Of a stretch of 64,000 nucleotides of DNA, positions 9,291 to 18,016 are shown one piece after another. The notes beneath the pieces were generated by a model. It did not search any database. It was not told where the DNA came from and was given only the letters and a program-made list of their open reading frames with translations. A program made the position numbers and the translations under genes. The DNA lies in assembly GCA_949298065.1 (NCBI GenBank), contig CASFUZ010000014.1, positions 5,395-69,394 on the forward strand. Reading direction: 5' to 3'. The DNA comes from an uncultured Pseudomonadota bacterium (GTDB lineage Bacteria > Pseudomonadota > Alphaproteobacteria > RF32 > CAG-239). Numbering within the stretch: the first letter of the stretch is position 1; every line of letters starts with the position of its first letter.

Positions 9291-11639
9291 ATGGATAATA
9301 TATTTGACCTAGACGAAACCGCGGCTTCAAACGCTGCTCAAGCTCCCATATATAACAACACGCAAGCCCTGATGCCGGGCTATGCGTGGCTTGAGCAGTT
9401 GAACCCTGAGCAAAAGCAAGCCGTAACCACCACGGAAGGACCGCTTTTGGTCTTGTCGGGTGCCGGCACGGGAAAAACCAAAGTTTTAACTACGCGTCTG
9501 GCTTATATTTTGGCAATGGGTAAGGCTCAACCTTGGAATTGTCTGGTCGTAACCTTCACCAACCGCGCCGCCCGCGAGATGAAAGAGCGCGTTGAAAAGA
9601 TGATTGGTGAGGTTGCCAATTCTGTCTGGCTCGGCACATTTCACAGTATATGCGTCAAAATTCTGCGCAACCATGCGGAGCTTGTCGGCTTGCACTCAAA
9701 TTTCACGATTCTCTCAGAAGATGACCAAAAACGCGTCATTAAACAGATTTTGGAAGCCGAAGGCATTGATGATAAAAAATATCCGCCGCAATCCGTGCTG
9801 GATAAAATCAGCCGTTGGAAAGATAAAGGCTTAACCATTGATAAAATCCAAAACGAGTTTAAGGAAAACATCACAACGCATTTATATAAAAAATATCAGG
9901 AACGCCTGCTTGAACTAAACTGCGTAGATTTTGGCGATATATTGCTTTATGCCCTGAATATTTTGCTCTCCAACCAAGATGTTTTGGAAAAATATCAAGC
10001 CAAGTTCAAATATATTATGGTGGATGAGTATCAAGACACCAACGTAACCCAATATCTTTTGCTGCGCCTGCTCTGCCAAAAAAGCCGTAATCTGTGCTGT
10101 GTGGGAGATGACGACCAATCCATTTACTCTTGGCGCGGTGCAGAGATTGAAAATATTTTAAGATTTGAAAAAGACTTTACGGACGCAAAGACGATTCGTC
10201 TGGAGCGCAATTATCGTTCAACTGCCAATATTTTGGCTGCAGCTTCCTGCCTTATCAGCCACAATGACGGCAGATTAGGCAAAACCTTAAAAGTTGCGGA
10301 AAATTCTCCCGCCAAATATTGCGACAACACCAAAATAAAAGTCGTCAGCAATTATAACGGTGAAGATGAAGCAGATTATGTTGTTGATCAAATAGATTAT
10401 CACCTGCGCCAAGGAGCACAATATTCGGATATGGCGGTTTTGGTTCGTACCGCCTTTCAAACTCGTGAATTTGAAGATAAATTTATAAAAGAAGCCATTC
10501 CCTATCAAGTCATCGGCGGCCCGAAGTTTTATGAGCGAGCCGAGATTCGCGATGCTCTGGCTTATTTCAGAGTCATTTTGCAACCCCATGATGATTTGGC
10601 TTTTGAACGCATCATCAATAAGCCTGCACGCGGCATCGGAGCCAAGAGTATTGAAAAAATTGAACAGGAAGCCCGTTTCAGCCAAATATCCATGTATATG
10701 GCAGTTGAAAAAATGCTTGCCGAAAACCAGTTTAGCGGCAAAGCAAAATCTGCTCTGGCGGACTTAATAGCAAACTTTGAACAATGGCGCAAAACAATGA
10801 ACGCCGTCACCCCCGATGAACTCGCTTCTCAGGTCTTGGAAGATTCGGGCTATTTTGAAATGCTGAAAAATGATAAATCAGCCGAAGCCCCCGGCCGCAT
10901 AGAAAACTTAAAAGAATTAATATCTGTTATGTCTGATACGGAAAAATATCCAACCTTGTCAGAATTTTTGGAACACGTCAGTCTGGTAATGGACAATGAT
11001 GATGCGCTAAATACCAACAAAGTTATGCTCATCACCTTACACTCTGCCAAAGGTCTGGAGTTTGACATTGTTTTTCTCCCCGGCTGGGAAGAAGGGCTGT
11101 TTCCGCATCAAAGAGCATTAGACGAAGGCGGTACGGAAGCCCTGGAGGAAGAACGCCGTCTGGCTTATGTTGCCATCACCCGCGCCCGCAAACAATTATA
11201 TATCATGACGGCACTCAACCGCCGTGTATATGGACAATGGCAAAACAATATTCCCTCAAGGTTTATCAACGAACTTCCGCCTGAGAATATTGAAATTTGC
11301 AACAATGCCGCTAAATTCTATGGTGGCGGATATAATGACTATACTGCAACACAGCAAAACAAGTCATATAACAACAATTATTATAAAAAGAACACTTATA
11401 ACGCATGGAACACAAATAAAACAAAGAAAGGAAACGACTATGGCATTTCTGATTATAGCAGTACCGGCAGCGATTTTAGCTATATATCTGATGACCGGCG
11501 GTTAATCGGCACCAGAGTATATCACCAAACTTTCGGTTATGGCAAAATCACTGCCGCCGAAGAAAACTGCATGGAAGTAAATTTTGACAAATACGGTCGC
11601 AAAAAGATAATGAGCTCCTATCTTGAAAAAGTAGATTAG
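9291..11639 (+). CDS. uvrD: UvrD/Rep/PcrA-family ATP-dependent DNA helicase, with Asn/Tyr-rich low-complexity linker before C-terminal Tudor-like domain
   Basis: Walker A GAGTGKT, motif II DEYQDTN, VGDDDQSIYSWRGA, helicase C motifs, C-terminal VYHQTFGYGKI. Confidence 0.9.
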   Translation: MDNIFDLDETAASNAAQAPIYNNTQALMPGYAWLEQLNPEQKQAVTTTEGPLLVLSGAGTGKTKVLTTRLAYILAMGKAQPWNCLVVTFTNRAAREMKERVEKMIGEVANSVWLGTFHSICVKILRNHAELVGLHSNFTILSEDDQKRVIKQILEAEGIDDKKYPPQSVLDKISRWKDKGLTIDKIQNEFKENITTHLYKKYQERLLELNCVDFGDILLYALNILLSNQDVLEKYQAKFKYIMVDEYQDTNVTQYLLLRLLCQKSRNLCCVGDDDQSIYSWRGAEIENILRFEKDFTDAKTIRLERNYRSTANILAAASCLISHNDGRLGKTLKVAENSPAKYCDNTKIKVVSNYNGEDEADYVVDQIDYHLRQGAQYSDMAVLVRTAFQTREFEDKFIKEAIPYQVIGGPKFYERAEIRDALAYFRVILQPHDDLAFERIINKPARGIGAKSIEKIEQEARFSQISMYMAVEKMLAENQFSGKAKSALADLIANFEQWRKTMNAVTPDELASQVLEDSGYFEMLKNDKSAEAPGRIENLKELISVMSDTEKYPTLSEFLEHVSLVMDNDDALNTNKVMLITLHSAKGLEFDIVFLPGWEEGLFPHQRALDEGGTEALEEERRLAYVAITRARKQLYIMTALNRRVYGQWQNNIPSRFINELPPENIEICNNAAKFYGGGYNDYTATQQNKSYNNNYYKKNTYNAWNTNKTKKGNDYGISDYSSTGSDFSYISDDRRLIGTRVYHQTFGYGKITAAEENCMEVNFDKYGRKKIMSSYLEKVD

Positions 11640-11721
11640 TCAGTCTCAAGCGGCCATAGAAAATTAACGGATAAATAAAGATCCGAAAATTAGTTGTTAC
11701 AAAATAACTTTAAGGAAAAAG

Positions 11722-12081
11722 ATGAAAAAATTATCATATTTTTTAGCTCTGGTAACAATACTCATCATTTCAGCCTGTGACAAGCCCCAAGAAGCAACAA
11801 AGATAGCGGAAAACAAAGCCTATATGTTTTATTCGGAAAGTTGCCCGCATTGCCATGACGCACAGGAATTTTTGAAGCAAAAATATCCTGACTTAAATAT
11901 CATAAAACTCAATGTTGCCACACCTGAAGGACAACAAATGCTTATGCAATGTGCCAAAAAATTCAAAATTAAAGAAGGTTTAGGAGTTCCGCTTTTCTGC
12001 CTAGGCGATAATTATATTATGGGTTGGAGCCCCAGATATGAACAAAAGTTTCAAAACTACATCAAACCGTTTTTAAAATAA
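11722..12081 (+). CDS. thioredoxin-fold lipoprotein with CPHC active site
   Basis: Signal peptide plus lipobox (IISAC). Redox motif SESCPHCHDAQ. 119 aa. Confidence 0.6.
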   Translation: MKKLSYFLALVTILIISACDKPQEATKIAENKAYMFYSESCPHCHDAQEFLKQKYPDLNIIKLNVATPEGQQMLMQCAKKFKIKEGLGVPLFCLGDNYIMGWSPRYEQKFQNYIKPFLK

Positions 12082-12084
12082 TTT

Positions 12085-12108
12085 AAGCCTCTTCGGAGGC
12101 TTTTTTTC
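12085..12108 (+). terminator. intrinsic terminator
   Basis: aagcctc-ttcg-gaggctt hairpin followed by T7. Confidence 0.7.
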
Positions 12109-12120
12109 AAAGTTGGTTAC

Positions 12121-12175
12121 AAAAAAAACCACTCAAAAGAGTGGTTTTTTTTATTGGTAGCCAGCGGCGGATTCC
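12121..12175. repeat. direct repeat copy 1: terminator hairpin (aaccactc-aaaa-gagtggtt) plus about 21 nt matching the 3' end of tRNA-Met
   Basis: About 55 bp, near-identical to 12320-12376. Contains tggtagccagcggcggattc versus tggtagcgaggggcggattc in the tRNA. Confidence 0.8.
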
Positions 12176-12319
12176 CCAAGTTTGTTTTGTAACATTTGCA
12201 TCCTTGCGCTATCGCTTCTTGCAAATTAACAAAACTGCACCGTTCGCAACGAAAAGCTCCACCGGAGCTTTTCTATCGGCTCACGCCGTCTCCGGTTCGA
12301 ATCCCTGTCTTTATTACCA

Positions 12320-12353
12320 ATAAAAAAACCACTCAAAAGAGTGGTTTTTTTAT
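12320..12353. terminator. intrinsic terminator immediately 3' of tRNA-Met (copy 2 of repeat)
   Basis: aaccactc-aaaa-gagtggtt hairpin with flanking A/T runs; reads as a terminator on the minus strand. Confidence 0.7.
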
Positions 12354-12430
12354 TGGTAGCGAGGGGCGGATTCGAACCGTCGACACGCGGATTATGATTC
12401 CGCTGCTCTAACCAACTGAGCTACCCCGCC
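12354..12430 (-). tRNA. tRNA-Met (anticodon CAT; elongator-like; could alternatively be tRNA-Ile2 if lysidinylated)
   Basis: Reverse complement gives GGCGGGG-TA-GCTCAGTTGGTTAGAGC-A-GCGGA-ATCATAA-TCCGC-GTGTC-GACGGTTCGAATCCGCC-CCTCGCT-A-CCA. Cloverleaf with CAT anticodon, GTTCGAATC T-loop and encoded CCA. One A:C mismatch in T-stem. Confidence 0.8.
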
Positions 12431-12514
12431 ATTGGAAAGTCGTGTATTTAATAAACTTTCTGTCGCCTCTTGTCAACAATTATTTTATAACTTTTCCGCA
12501 TAAAACAAATATTA

Positions 12515-12799
12515 CTATTTTTTCAAATCATTAGCATCAACAATTTCAAATTCAGCATCAATAATTTTAGAAGCTCTGCCCTCTTCCATAATCGGCTCAT
12601 CCGCATCAACAAAACTGCGCAGATTCTCAAATTGTTTCCTGATTTTATATTGCCTATACCATCCTATGGCAAACAACACGGCAAACATCAACAAAACAAA
12701 AGGCAACAATAAGGCCGCCGTATAAAACAACAAAAACACCGCCGCCATACCAAAAGCCAAAGTACCGATTCTCATCAAAAGAGCCATAAGTCCGTTCAT
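12515..12799 (-). CDS. small hypothetical membrane protein
   Basis: 94-aa ORF with two TM helices, stop/start-coupled to upstream ROK kinase gene. Confidence 0.4.
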   Translation of the reverse strand: MNGLMALLMRIGTLAFGMAAVFLLFYTAALLLPFVLLMFAVLFAIGWYRQYKIRKQFENLRSFVDADEPIMEEGRASKIIDAEFEIVDANDLKK

Positions 12800-13695
12800 T
12801 ACTTCTTTTCCTTCATAATTTTTTCCGCTGCAATTAAGGCCGCCCCAATCATTGCCGCATTATTCTCAAACTTTGCGCGCCTGAGCTTAATTGGTCTTGC
12901 CAAAATATCCTTATTAACAATTTTTTCCAACTTCTCATAATTCATAAACTCGGTTAACGAACCAAACAACAAAACAATCTCGGGGTCAAAAATATTAACC
13001 AAACCGATAATACCGTTAACCACATCTTGTTCCCATTCGTTGAAAACTTTAATTGCAAGTGGATTATTCTCTTTCATTCCTTTGATAACATCATGGCTTG
13101 TAATGCTGTCATCTTTATAAGCTTCTTTGGCATCAATTCCCAAAGCCGTACCGGAAGCATAAATCTCATAACAATCATAAGCTCCGCAGCCGCAACGCCT
13201 TTGGTTTCCTCTGGCAACCTTAAAATGCGCCTCTCCGGCAGCTCCTGACTTTCCTTTAAGCAATTGTCCGTTAACAATAAAACTGATACCGACACCCGTG
13301 CCTATGGCCACCAGCATTGCGTCATTCATTCCCTTTGCTGCGCCGAGCTTATATTCTGCCCACATAGCGGCATTGGCATCATTTTCTACCACCACGGGCT
13401 TAGAAGAAAGTTCGGCAAAAGGTGTATTCATATAATCTTTGGGCATATTTCCGACAGAGGCAATGATTCGGTCATTATCTTTGCTAACCTCGCCGGCAGT
13501 TGCCACAGCAACAGCTTCAATCTGGTTCTCAAAACCGGAAACAATACGTTTTAAGGTTGCCAAAATTTCGGCACTATCGCGAGGTGTGCTGATTTTTGTA
13601 ACATCGCTGCAAATTTTACCTTTTTCATCAATCAAGGCATAAGCAATTTTAGTTCCGCCGATATCAAATGCCAAAATTTTTTTACTGTCAGTCAT
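12799..13695 (-). CDS. ROK-family sugar kinase (glucokinase/N-acetylglucosamine kinase-like)
   Basis: Start at MTDSKK (ATG 13693-13695) with AAGGA RBS. ILAFDIGGTKIAYAL N-terminal ATPase motif. Cys-rich zinc motif CGCGAYDCYE typical of ROK. Confidence 0.8.
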   Translation of the reverse strand: MTDSKKILAFDIGGTKIAYALIDEKGKICSDVTKISTPRDSAEILATLKRIVSGFENQIEAVAVATAGEVSKDNDRIIASVGNMPKDYMNTPFAELSSKPVVVENDANAAMWAEYKLGAAKGMNDAMLVAIGTGVGISFIVNGQLLKGKSGAAGEAHFKVARGNQRRCGCGAYDCYEIYASGTALGIDAKEAYKDDSITSHDVIKGMKENNPLAIKVFNEWEQDVVNGIIGLVNIFDPEIVLLFGSLTEFMNYEKLEKIVNKDILARPIKLRRAKFENNAAMIGAALIAAEKIMKEKK

Positions 13696-13858
13696 ACACA
13701 TATTCCTTAGCTTCTTTCTTACTTTTATATAAATATATAGTTTATATTCCACAAAAGCAAACACCAAAACCGATTTTTTTACACCTTTAAAAAGGTTCTT
13801 GCCAAATAAACATTTTTCTTCTAGCCTCAAAGCAGAGACACCAGCAAAGGAGAAAATC

Positions 13859-14236
13859 ATGAATAGAAAACTACTTAGCCTATCCGTTTTAACATCTGCT
13901 TTAATTTTAAGTTCGCACACTTTTGCTAAACCACAAAGTGGCGGCTTTTATGGTCCGACAGCTCCTTCTGCTTCCGTAACCGTTGCCGAAGCAAAGAATC
14001 TCAAAGATGAAAGTTTTGTTGTTTTGAAAGGCAACATTAAACAAATGGTCGGCAAAGAAAAATATTTGTTTGAAGACAAAACCGGTAGCATTGTAATTGA
14101 AATTGATGATGATGACTGGAATGGTCTAAGTGTCAGCCCTGAAGACATTGTAGAAATCCGCGGCGAAGTTGATACACATTGGCGCAAACCTGCTGATATT
14201 GATGTTGAAAGCATCACTTACATCACCACCAAATAA
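13859..14236 (+). CDS. YgiW/YdeI (BOF) family periplasmic OB-fold stress protein
   Basis: Start at MNRKLL with AAAGGAGAAA RBS. Signal peptide. OB-fold pattern KGNIKQMVGKEKYLFEDKTGSIVIEIDDDDW...VEIRGEVD. Confidence 0.65.
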   Translation: MNRKLLSLSVLTSALILSSHTFAKPQSGGFYGPTAPSASVTVAEAKNLKDESFVVLKGNIKQMVGKEKYLFEDKTGSIVIEIDDDDWNGLSVSPEDIVEIRGEVDTHWRKPADIDVESITYITTK

Positions 14237-14244
14237 TCAATAAA

Positions 14245-14271
14245 AAAACTGCCGCAACGGCAGTTTTTTTA
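14245..14271 (+). terminator. intrinsic terminator
   Basis: ctgccg-caa-cggcag hairpin then T7. Confidence 0.75.
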
Positions 14272-14360
14272 TGTTCTATCAACCTCTTCCATTAACTCTA
14301 AATTAAATGATTTAATTTATAAAATATAAAAAAATTTTAATTGTTGAGGAAAGAATTTCA

Positions 14361-15137
14361 ATGGAAAAAAGTACAACTTACGGAATGTTGCTGGGTTTAT
14401 TCGCCGTTGGCTATGGCATGTACCTAAAAGGCGCAGACCCTCATGCTTTAATCAATCCTGCAGCATTTCTCATCATTTTTGTCGGAACTTTTGCGGCTTT
14501 ATTCAACGCCTTTCCGATGAAAGACATTAAAAGATTCGGCAAACTCCTGAAAATCATATTTACCGGAAAAAAGACAATGCCCAAGCAAGAGGTTTTGGAG
14601 CTGTTTGTCAACCTTGCCAAAGCAGCAAAAAACGAAGGTGTTATGGCCATTGAAAAGAAAGCCAATGAGCAAGAAGACCCATTTCTTAAATCTACCCTGA
14701 TTTTGGTTGCTGACGGTTTTCCGGCTGACTTCATTGCCGAAACCGTAGAAGGCGAGATTAAACAAATGGAAGAACGTCATCGCTCCGGTGCAGCCATTTT
14801 TGCCCAAGGCGGAATGTATGCCCCGACCCTTGGTGTATTAGGTGCCGTTATCGGTCTTATTGCTGCCTTAGGAAACTTATCAGATATTGAAATGCTTGGC
14901 CACTCCATCGCCGCCGCTTTCGTTGCCACCCTGCTCGGTATTTTTACCGGATATGTTATGTGGCACCCATTTGCCAACAAGCTCAAACGCATCTCTGCCG
15001 AAGAAGTAGAAGTCAAGAAAATGATTCTTGAAGGTGCTTTGGCTCTTCAAAGCGGCGCTTCTTCCATCGCCATGGAAGCAAAGTTGCAATCCTTCATTCC
15101 GCTGAGCGAACGCAAATCATTAAGAGGCGGGGAATAA
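14361..15137 (+). CDS. motA: flagellar motor stator protein MotA/PomA
   Basis: MotA/TolQ/ExbB family 4-TM protein directly followed by an OmpA-domain MotB; flagellar genes elsewhere in window. Confidence 0.75.
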   Translation: MEKSTTYGMLLGLFAVGYGMYLKGADPHALINPAAFLIIFVGTFAALFNAFPMKDIKRFGKLLKIIFTGKKTMPKQEVLELFVNLAKAAKNEGVMAIEKKANEQEDPFLKSTLILVADGFPADFIAETVEGEIKQMEERHRSGAAIFAQGGMYAPTLGVLGAVIGLIAALGNLSDIEMLGHSIAAAFVATLLGIFTGYVMWHPFANKLKRISAEEVEVKKMILEGALALQSGASSIAMEAKLQSFIPLSERKSLRGGE

Positions 15138-15138
15138 T

Positions 15139-15801
15139 ATGTCCAGAAAAAAACAACATTCCGAACCACATGAAGAACATGCCGACGAAACATGGTTAAT
15201 CCCCTATTCGGACTTATTAACCTTGCTTTTAGCCTTGTTTATTGTGCTTTTTGCTTCATCAAGTTTAGACAAAGAAAAAGCGGCTCAAATGGAATATGCT
15301 ATGGCCGCAGCGTTCAACAGCATTCCGACAGAACAACTAAACGGAACCATATTAAGCTTTATGGACGATGCCAGAGAAATGGACTTAGGCGAAGGTGTTG
15401 GTTTAGGCTCAGATTCCCGAGGTGCTGTTTTGGATATTGCTGATATAAACCTCTTTGAACAAGGTGAAGCCAACATCACTCCGGAAGGCGTAAAAACCAT
15501 CAAAAGAATTGCACCGCTTTTGAGCAACAATCGCTACAAACGCTTCCGCGTTGTTGTTGAAGGTCATACGGATGACATGCCCATTGTCAGCAATACTTTT
15601 GCCTCAAGCTGGGAGCTTTCAGCAGCAAGGGCTGCTGCCGTTGTACGCGAATTTATCAAAGCCGGCCTAAAACCTGATAGATTCCAAGCTGTCGGCATGG
15701 CAAACATAGCTCCAAAATATCCCAACAGAGATTTAAACGGCACACCGATTCCTGAAAATAGAATAAAGAACCGCCGCATCTCCGTTCATGTTGAGATATA
15801 A
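15139..15801 (+). CDS. motB: flagellar motor stator protein MotB/PomB (OmpA-like peptidoglycan-binding C-domain)
   Basis: N-terminal TM helix (LLTLLLALFIVLFA). C-terminal OmpA-like domain (RVVVEGHTDDMPI...ELSAARAAAV). Start overlaps motA stop. Confidence 0.75.
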   Translation: MSRKKQHSEPHEEHADETWLIPYSDLLTLLLALFIVLFASSSLDKEKAAQMEYAMAAAFNSIPTEQLNGTILSFMDDAREMDLGEGVGLGSDSRGAVLDIADINLFEQGEANITPEGVKTIKRIAPLLSNNRYKRFRVVVEGHTDDMPIVSNTFASSWELSAARAAAVVREFIKAGLKPDRFQAVGMANIAPKYPNRDLNGTPIPENRIKNRRISVHVEI

Positions 15802-16575
15802 TTATTCCAGAGGCTTATCCTTAAGACCGATTCTTCCAATTAAGGGAAGTTTCAGAGCGGGGCGGTAAAAATCCGCCCCAAAATTTAAGCCCAACAAATT
15901 AAATTCTATTCCTTCGGCCGCACCGAACGAAACGCCCAACACACCATATAAAGATAACAAATATCCCTGCCCGCTTTCAGCTTTTTCAATAAAATTCGGA
16001 GTCCAATCCTTACCGATTGCATGTGGCGGAAGCTCAACCGTTAATTCGGGCACATTACGAATAATATAAGAAATAAAGGTATTACTGTTTGGCCCCGGCC
16101 ACGCCCGATAAGTCTGGCCATAAGGATAATTTTGAGCGAGTTTTTTTATTTGAGGAATAGCTTTTTCGGCTTTTTCACCGCGTAATTCCTGAACAAGCTC
16201 AGGCATTGCGCCATACCATTTTCTGTCTGGAATATCTTGTTTAATATCAACCGCTGTGCCTCTATAACGCAGCTGCCATCCCATAACCTGATAAGTTGTA
16301 TATAAAGAAGCATTCTTTTCTTTGGTCGCAATCCAAGTATGCACGGCAAAATACCCACGCCAACTAAAAGTTCTGGCGGCATAAACTTGCACAACAGCTT
16401 CCGAAACATCCTTTGGCAAAGGCGCCAAACCAGAGCTTTCGCGACTGGCCGTACGCCAATCTCCGCCGCTAAAAGCCATAAAAAGAATAAGACTTGCACC
16501 GCCAAGCAAAAAAGCTGCTTTTCTGACCCGCAAACTCATAAGAGAAGATAAAAATGCTCTCATTTTTTTATCCAT
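15802..16575 (-). CDS. hypothetical secreted/membrane-anchored protein (DUF3750-like; assignment uncertain)
   Basis: N-terminal TM/signal segment; conserved-looking core HTWIATKEKN...WPGPNSNTF. Confidence 0.45.
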   Translation of the reverse strand: MDKKMRAFLSSLMSLRVRKAAFLLGGASLILFMAFSGGDWRTASRESSGLAPLPKDVSEAVVQVYAARTFSWRGYFAVHTWIATKEKNASLYTTYQVMGWQLRYRGTAVDIKQDIPDRKWYGAMPELVQELRGEKAEKAIPQIKKLAQNYPYGQTYRAWPGPNSNTFISYIIRNVPELTVELPPHAIGKDWTPNFIEKAESGQGYLLSLYGVLGVSFGAAEGIEFNLLGLNFGADFYRPALKLPLIGRIGLKDKPLE

Positions 16576-16717
16576 TTTTCTTCAAACTGCATATTTAAGG
16601 ATACCAGAAAAATAAGTTCAAGAAAACCTAAAAATTATCATTGACGTGAGCCGTCACATAACATACCCTCACTTGTGAACGAAACTAATTTTATAAAATA
16701 AGGAATTATATTCTGCT

Positions 16718-17680
16718 ATGGAAAAATTACATGAAATTTTTACCAACCACTTTATTATGCCGACCTATATGATGTGGATTATCTTCGGCGTAATAGTTTG
16801 CGTACTTTTGTTTTTGGACTTATGCGTTTTTCATAAAAAAGATGAAGAACCGACCATTTCCGAAACCTTTAAGCTCAGTGCTTTTTATATCATCATCGCC
16901 CTTATCTTCGGTGTGTTTATTATCTATGAGCACGGCACGCAAGACGGTATGTTATATTACACCGGCTATCTGGTAGAAAAAAGCCTTTCTATGGATAATA
17001 TTTTTGTTATTTCGCTGATTTTCTCAAGCCTGAATATTCCGACCAAATATCAACATCGTGTTTTGTTCTGGGGTATTTTAGGCGCTATTGTTATGCGCGC
17101 TTTAATGATTGGTATCGGCGCTCAGCTGGTTAGCCGTTTTCATTGGATATTGTACATTTTCTCACTCTTCTTGCTTTATACGGGTATCAAAATGGTCGCC
17201 CAAAAAGAAGATGACACCCCCTTAACTGAGACCAAACTTTACCAGTTCATTCGCCGCAAATTCAACGTAACCAAGCGCATTCATAATGAACACTTTTTCA
17301 TTCATCGCCAGGGCAAATATTTCATCACACCGCTGTTCTTTGCCTTGTTGGTCATTGAAACGATGGATGTTATTTTTGCGGTAGACAGTATCCCGGCAAT
17401 TTTCTTGATTACCCAAGATGTCTTTATTGTTTATACAAGTAACATTTTTGCCATTTTGGGCTTAAGATCCTTGTACTTTTTGCTGGCCGCCGCGGTCAAC
17501 CGCTTTGTTTACTTAAAACCGGCCTTAGCTGTTATTCTGATATTCATCGGCACCAAAATCTTCTTGCCGCATATTGGTATAAATATTGAGGCGGTTCATT
17601 CCTTGAGTATCACCTTTGGTATTTTGTTTATAGGTATTTTTGCCTCACTGATAAAAACCAAACAACCTCAGGTAAAATAA
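16718..17680 (+). CDS. TerC-family integral membrane protein
   Basis: TerC hallmarks DNIFVISLIFSSL and VDSIPAIF, about 9 TM segments. Confidence 0.85.
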   Translation: MEKLHEIFTNHFIMPTYMMWIIFGVIVCVLLFLDLCVFHKKDEEPTISETFKLSAFYIIIALIFGVFIIYEHGTQDGMLYYTGYLVEKSLSMDNIFVISLIFSSLNIPTKYQHRVLFWGILGAIVMRALMIGIGAQLVSRFHWILYIFSLFLLYTGIKMVAQKEDDTPLTETKLYQFIRRKFNVTKRIHNEHFFIHRQGKYFITPLFFALLVIETMDVIFAVDSIPAIFLITQDVFIVYTSNIFAILGLRSLYFLLAAAVNRFVYLKPALAVILIFIGTKIFLPHIGINIEAVHSLSITFGILFIGIFASLIKTKQPQVK

Positions 17681-17682
17681 AG

Positions 17683-17710
17683 CAAAGCTCCCGCAAGGGA
17701 GCTTTTTTAT
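17683..17710 (+). terminator. intrinsic terminator after terC
   Basis: aagctccc-gcaa-gggagctt hairpin then T6. Confidence 0.75.
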
Positions 17711-17739
17711 TACAATAAAAATCCAAAGTACAAAGCACT

Positions 17740-18016
17740 CACTAACGATATGCACATTGGAAGCATCGCGATTCAGTAAAGACTGTAGCCACAGCCAGTG
17801 ATGCGGTCAAGCTGGCAACAGCTTGAAGCATTGCGGTTCAACAAAGGTTGCCATCGCAGCCAGTGTTCGCTCAAGAGCGTTTCCTTGTCAAGCTGGCTAC
17901 AGATAAAAAAAACCAGAGTACATGGTGCTATCGTGCGATATGTACTCTGGAAGCATCGCGGTTCAACAATGATTGCCACCACAGCCATTGATGCGGTCAA
18001 GCTGGCTACAGCTTGA
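17740..18016. repeat. intergenic repeat array: three copies of a roughly 68-bp unit (ggaagcatcgcgRttca...ccacagccaKtgatgcggtcaagctggcWacagcttga) plus an 11-bp perfect inverted repeat (ccagagtacat...atgtactctgg)
   Basis: Copies at about 17759-17826, 17827-17902 (diverged) and 17949-18016; the last copy overlaps the final codons and stop of rfbB. Confidence 0.8.

Noticed and set aside
12176-12320. Possible tmRNA or second tRNA because of GGTTCGAATCC T-loop-like motif and a 10-bp hairpin
   Set aside because: I could not fold a cloverleaf or acceptor stem ending in CCA, and there is no tag-peptide-like reading frame ending in AA-stop. Kept only as part of the att-like scar finding.
12141-12323. 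60-aa ORF (MVFFIGSQRR...) lying between the duplicated tRNA-Met 3'-end repeats
   Set aside because: It spans terminator hairpins and tRNA-derived sequence, has no RBS, and its composition is dictated by the repeats. Treated as non-coding.
14361-15801. MotA/MotB pair considered as TolQ/TolR or ExbB/ExbD
   Set aside because: The second protein has a C-terminal OmpA-like peptidoglycan-binding domain (MotB/PomB-like), not the short TolR/ExbD periplasmic domain. No tolA/tonB neighbours, and flagellar genes are present in the window.
16576-16717. yybP-ykoY Mn riboswitch upstream of terC
   Set aside because: Conserved riboswitch core sequences were not recognisable by eye. Left as a low-interest note pending an Infernal scan.
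17740-18016. Repeat array considered as a CRISPR array
   Set aside because: Units are imperfect, of unequal spacing, lack unique spacers of regular length, and no cas genes are present. It is an intergenic REP-like repeat.
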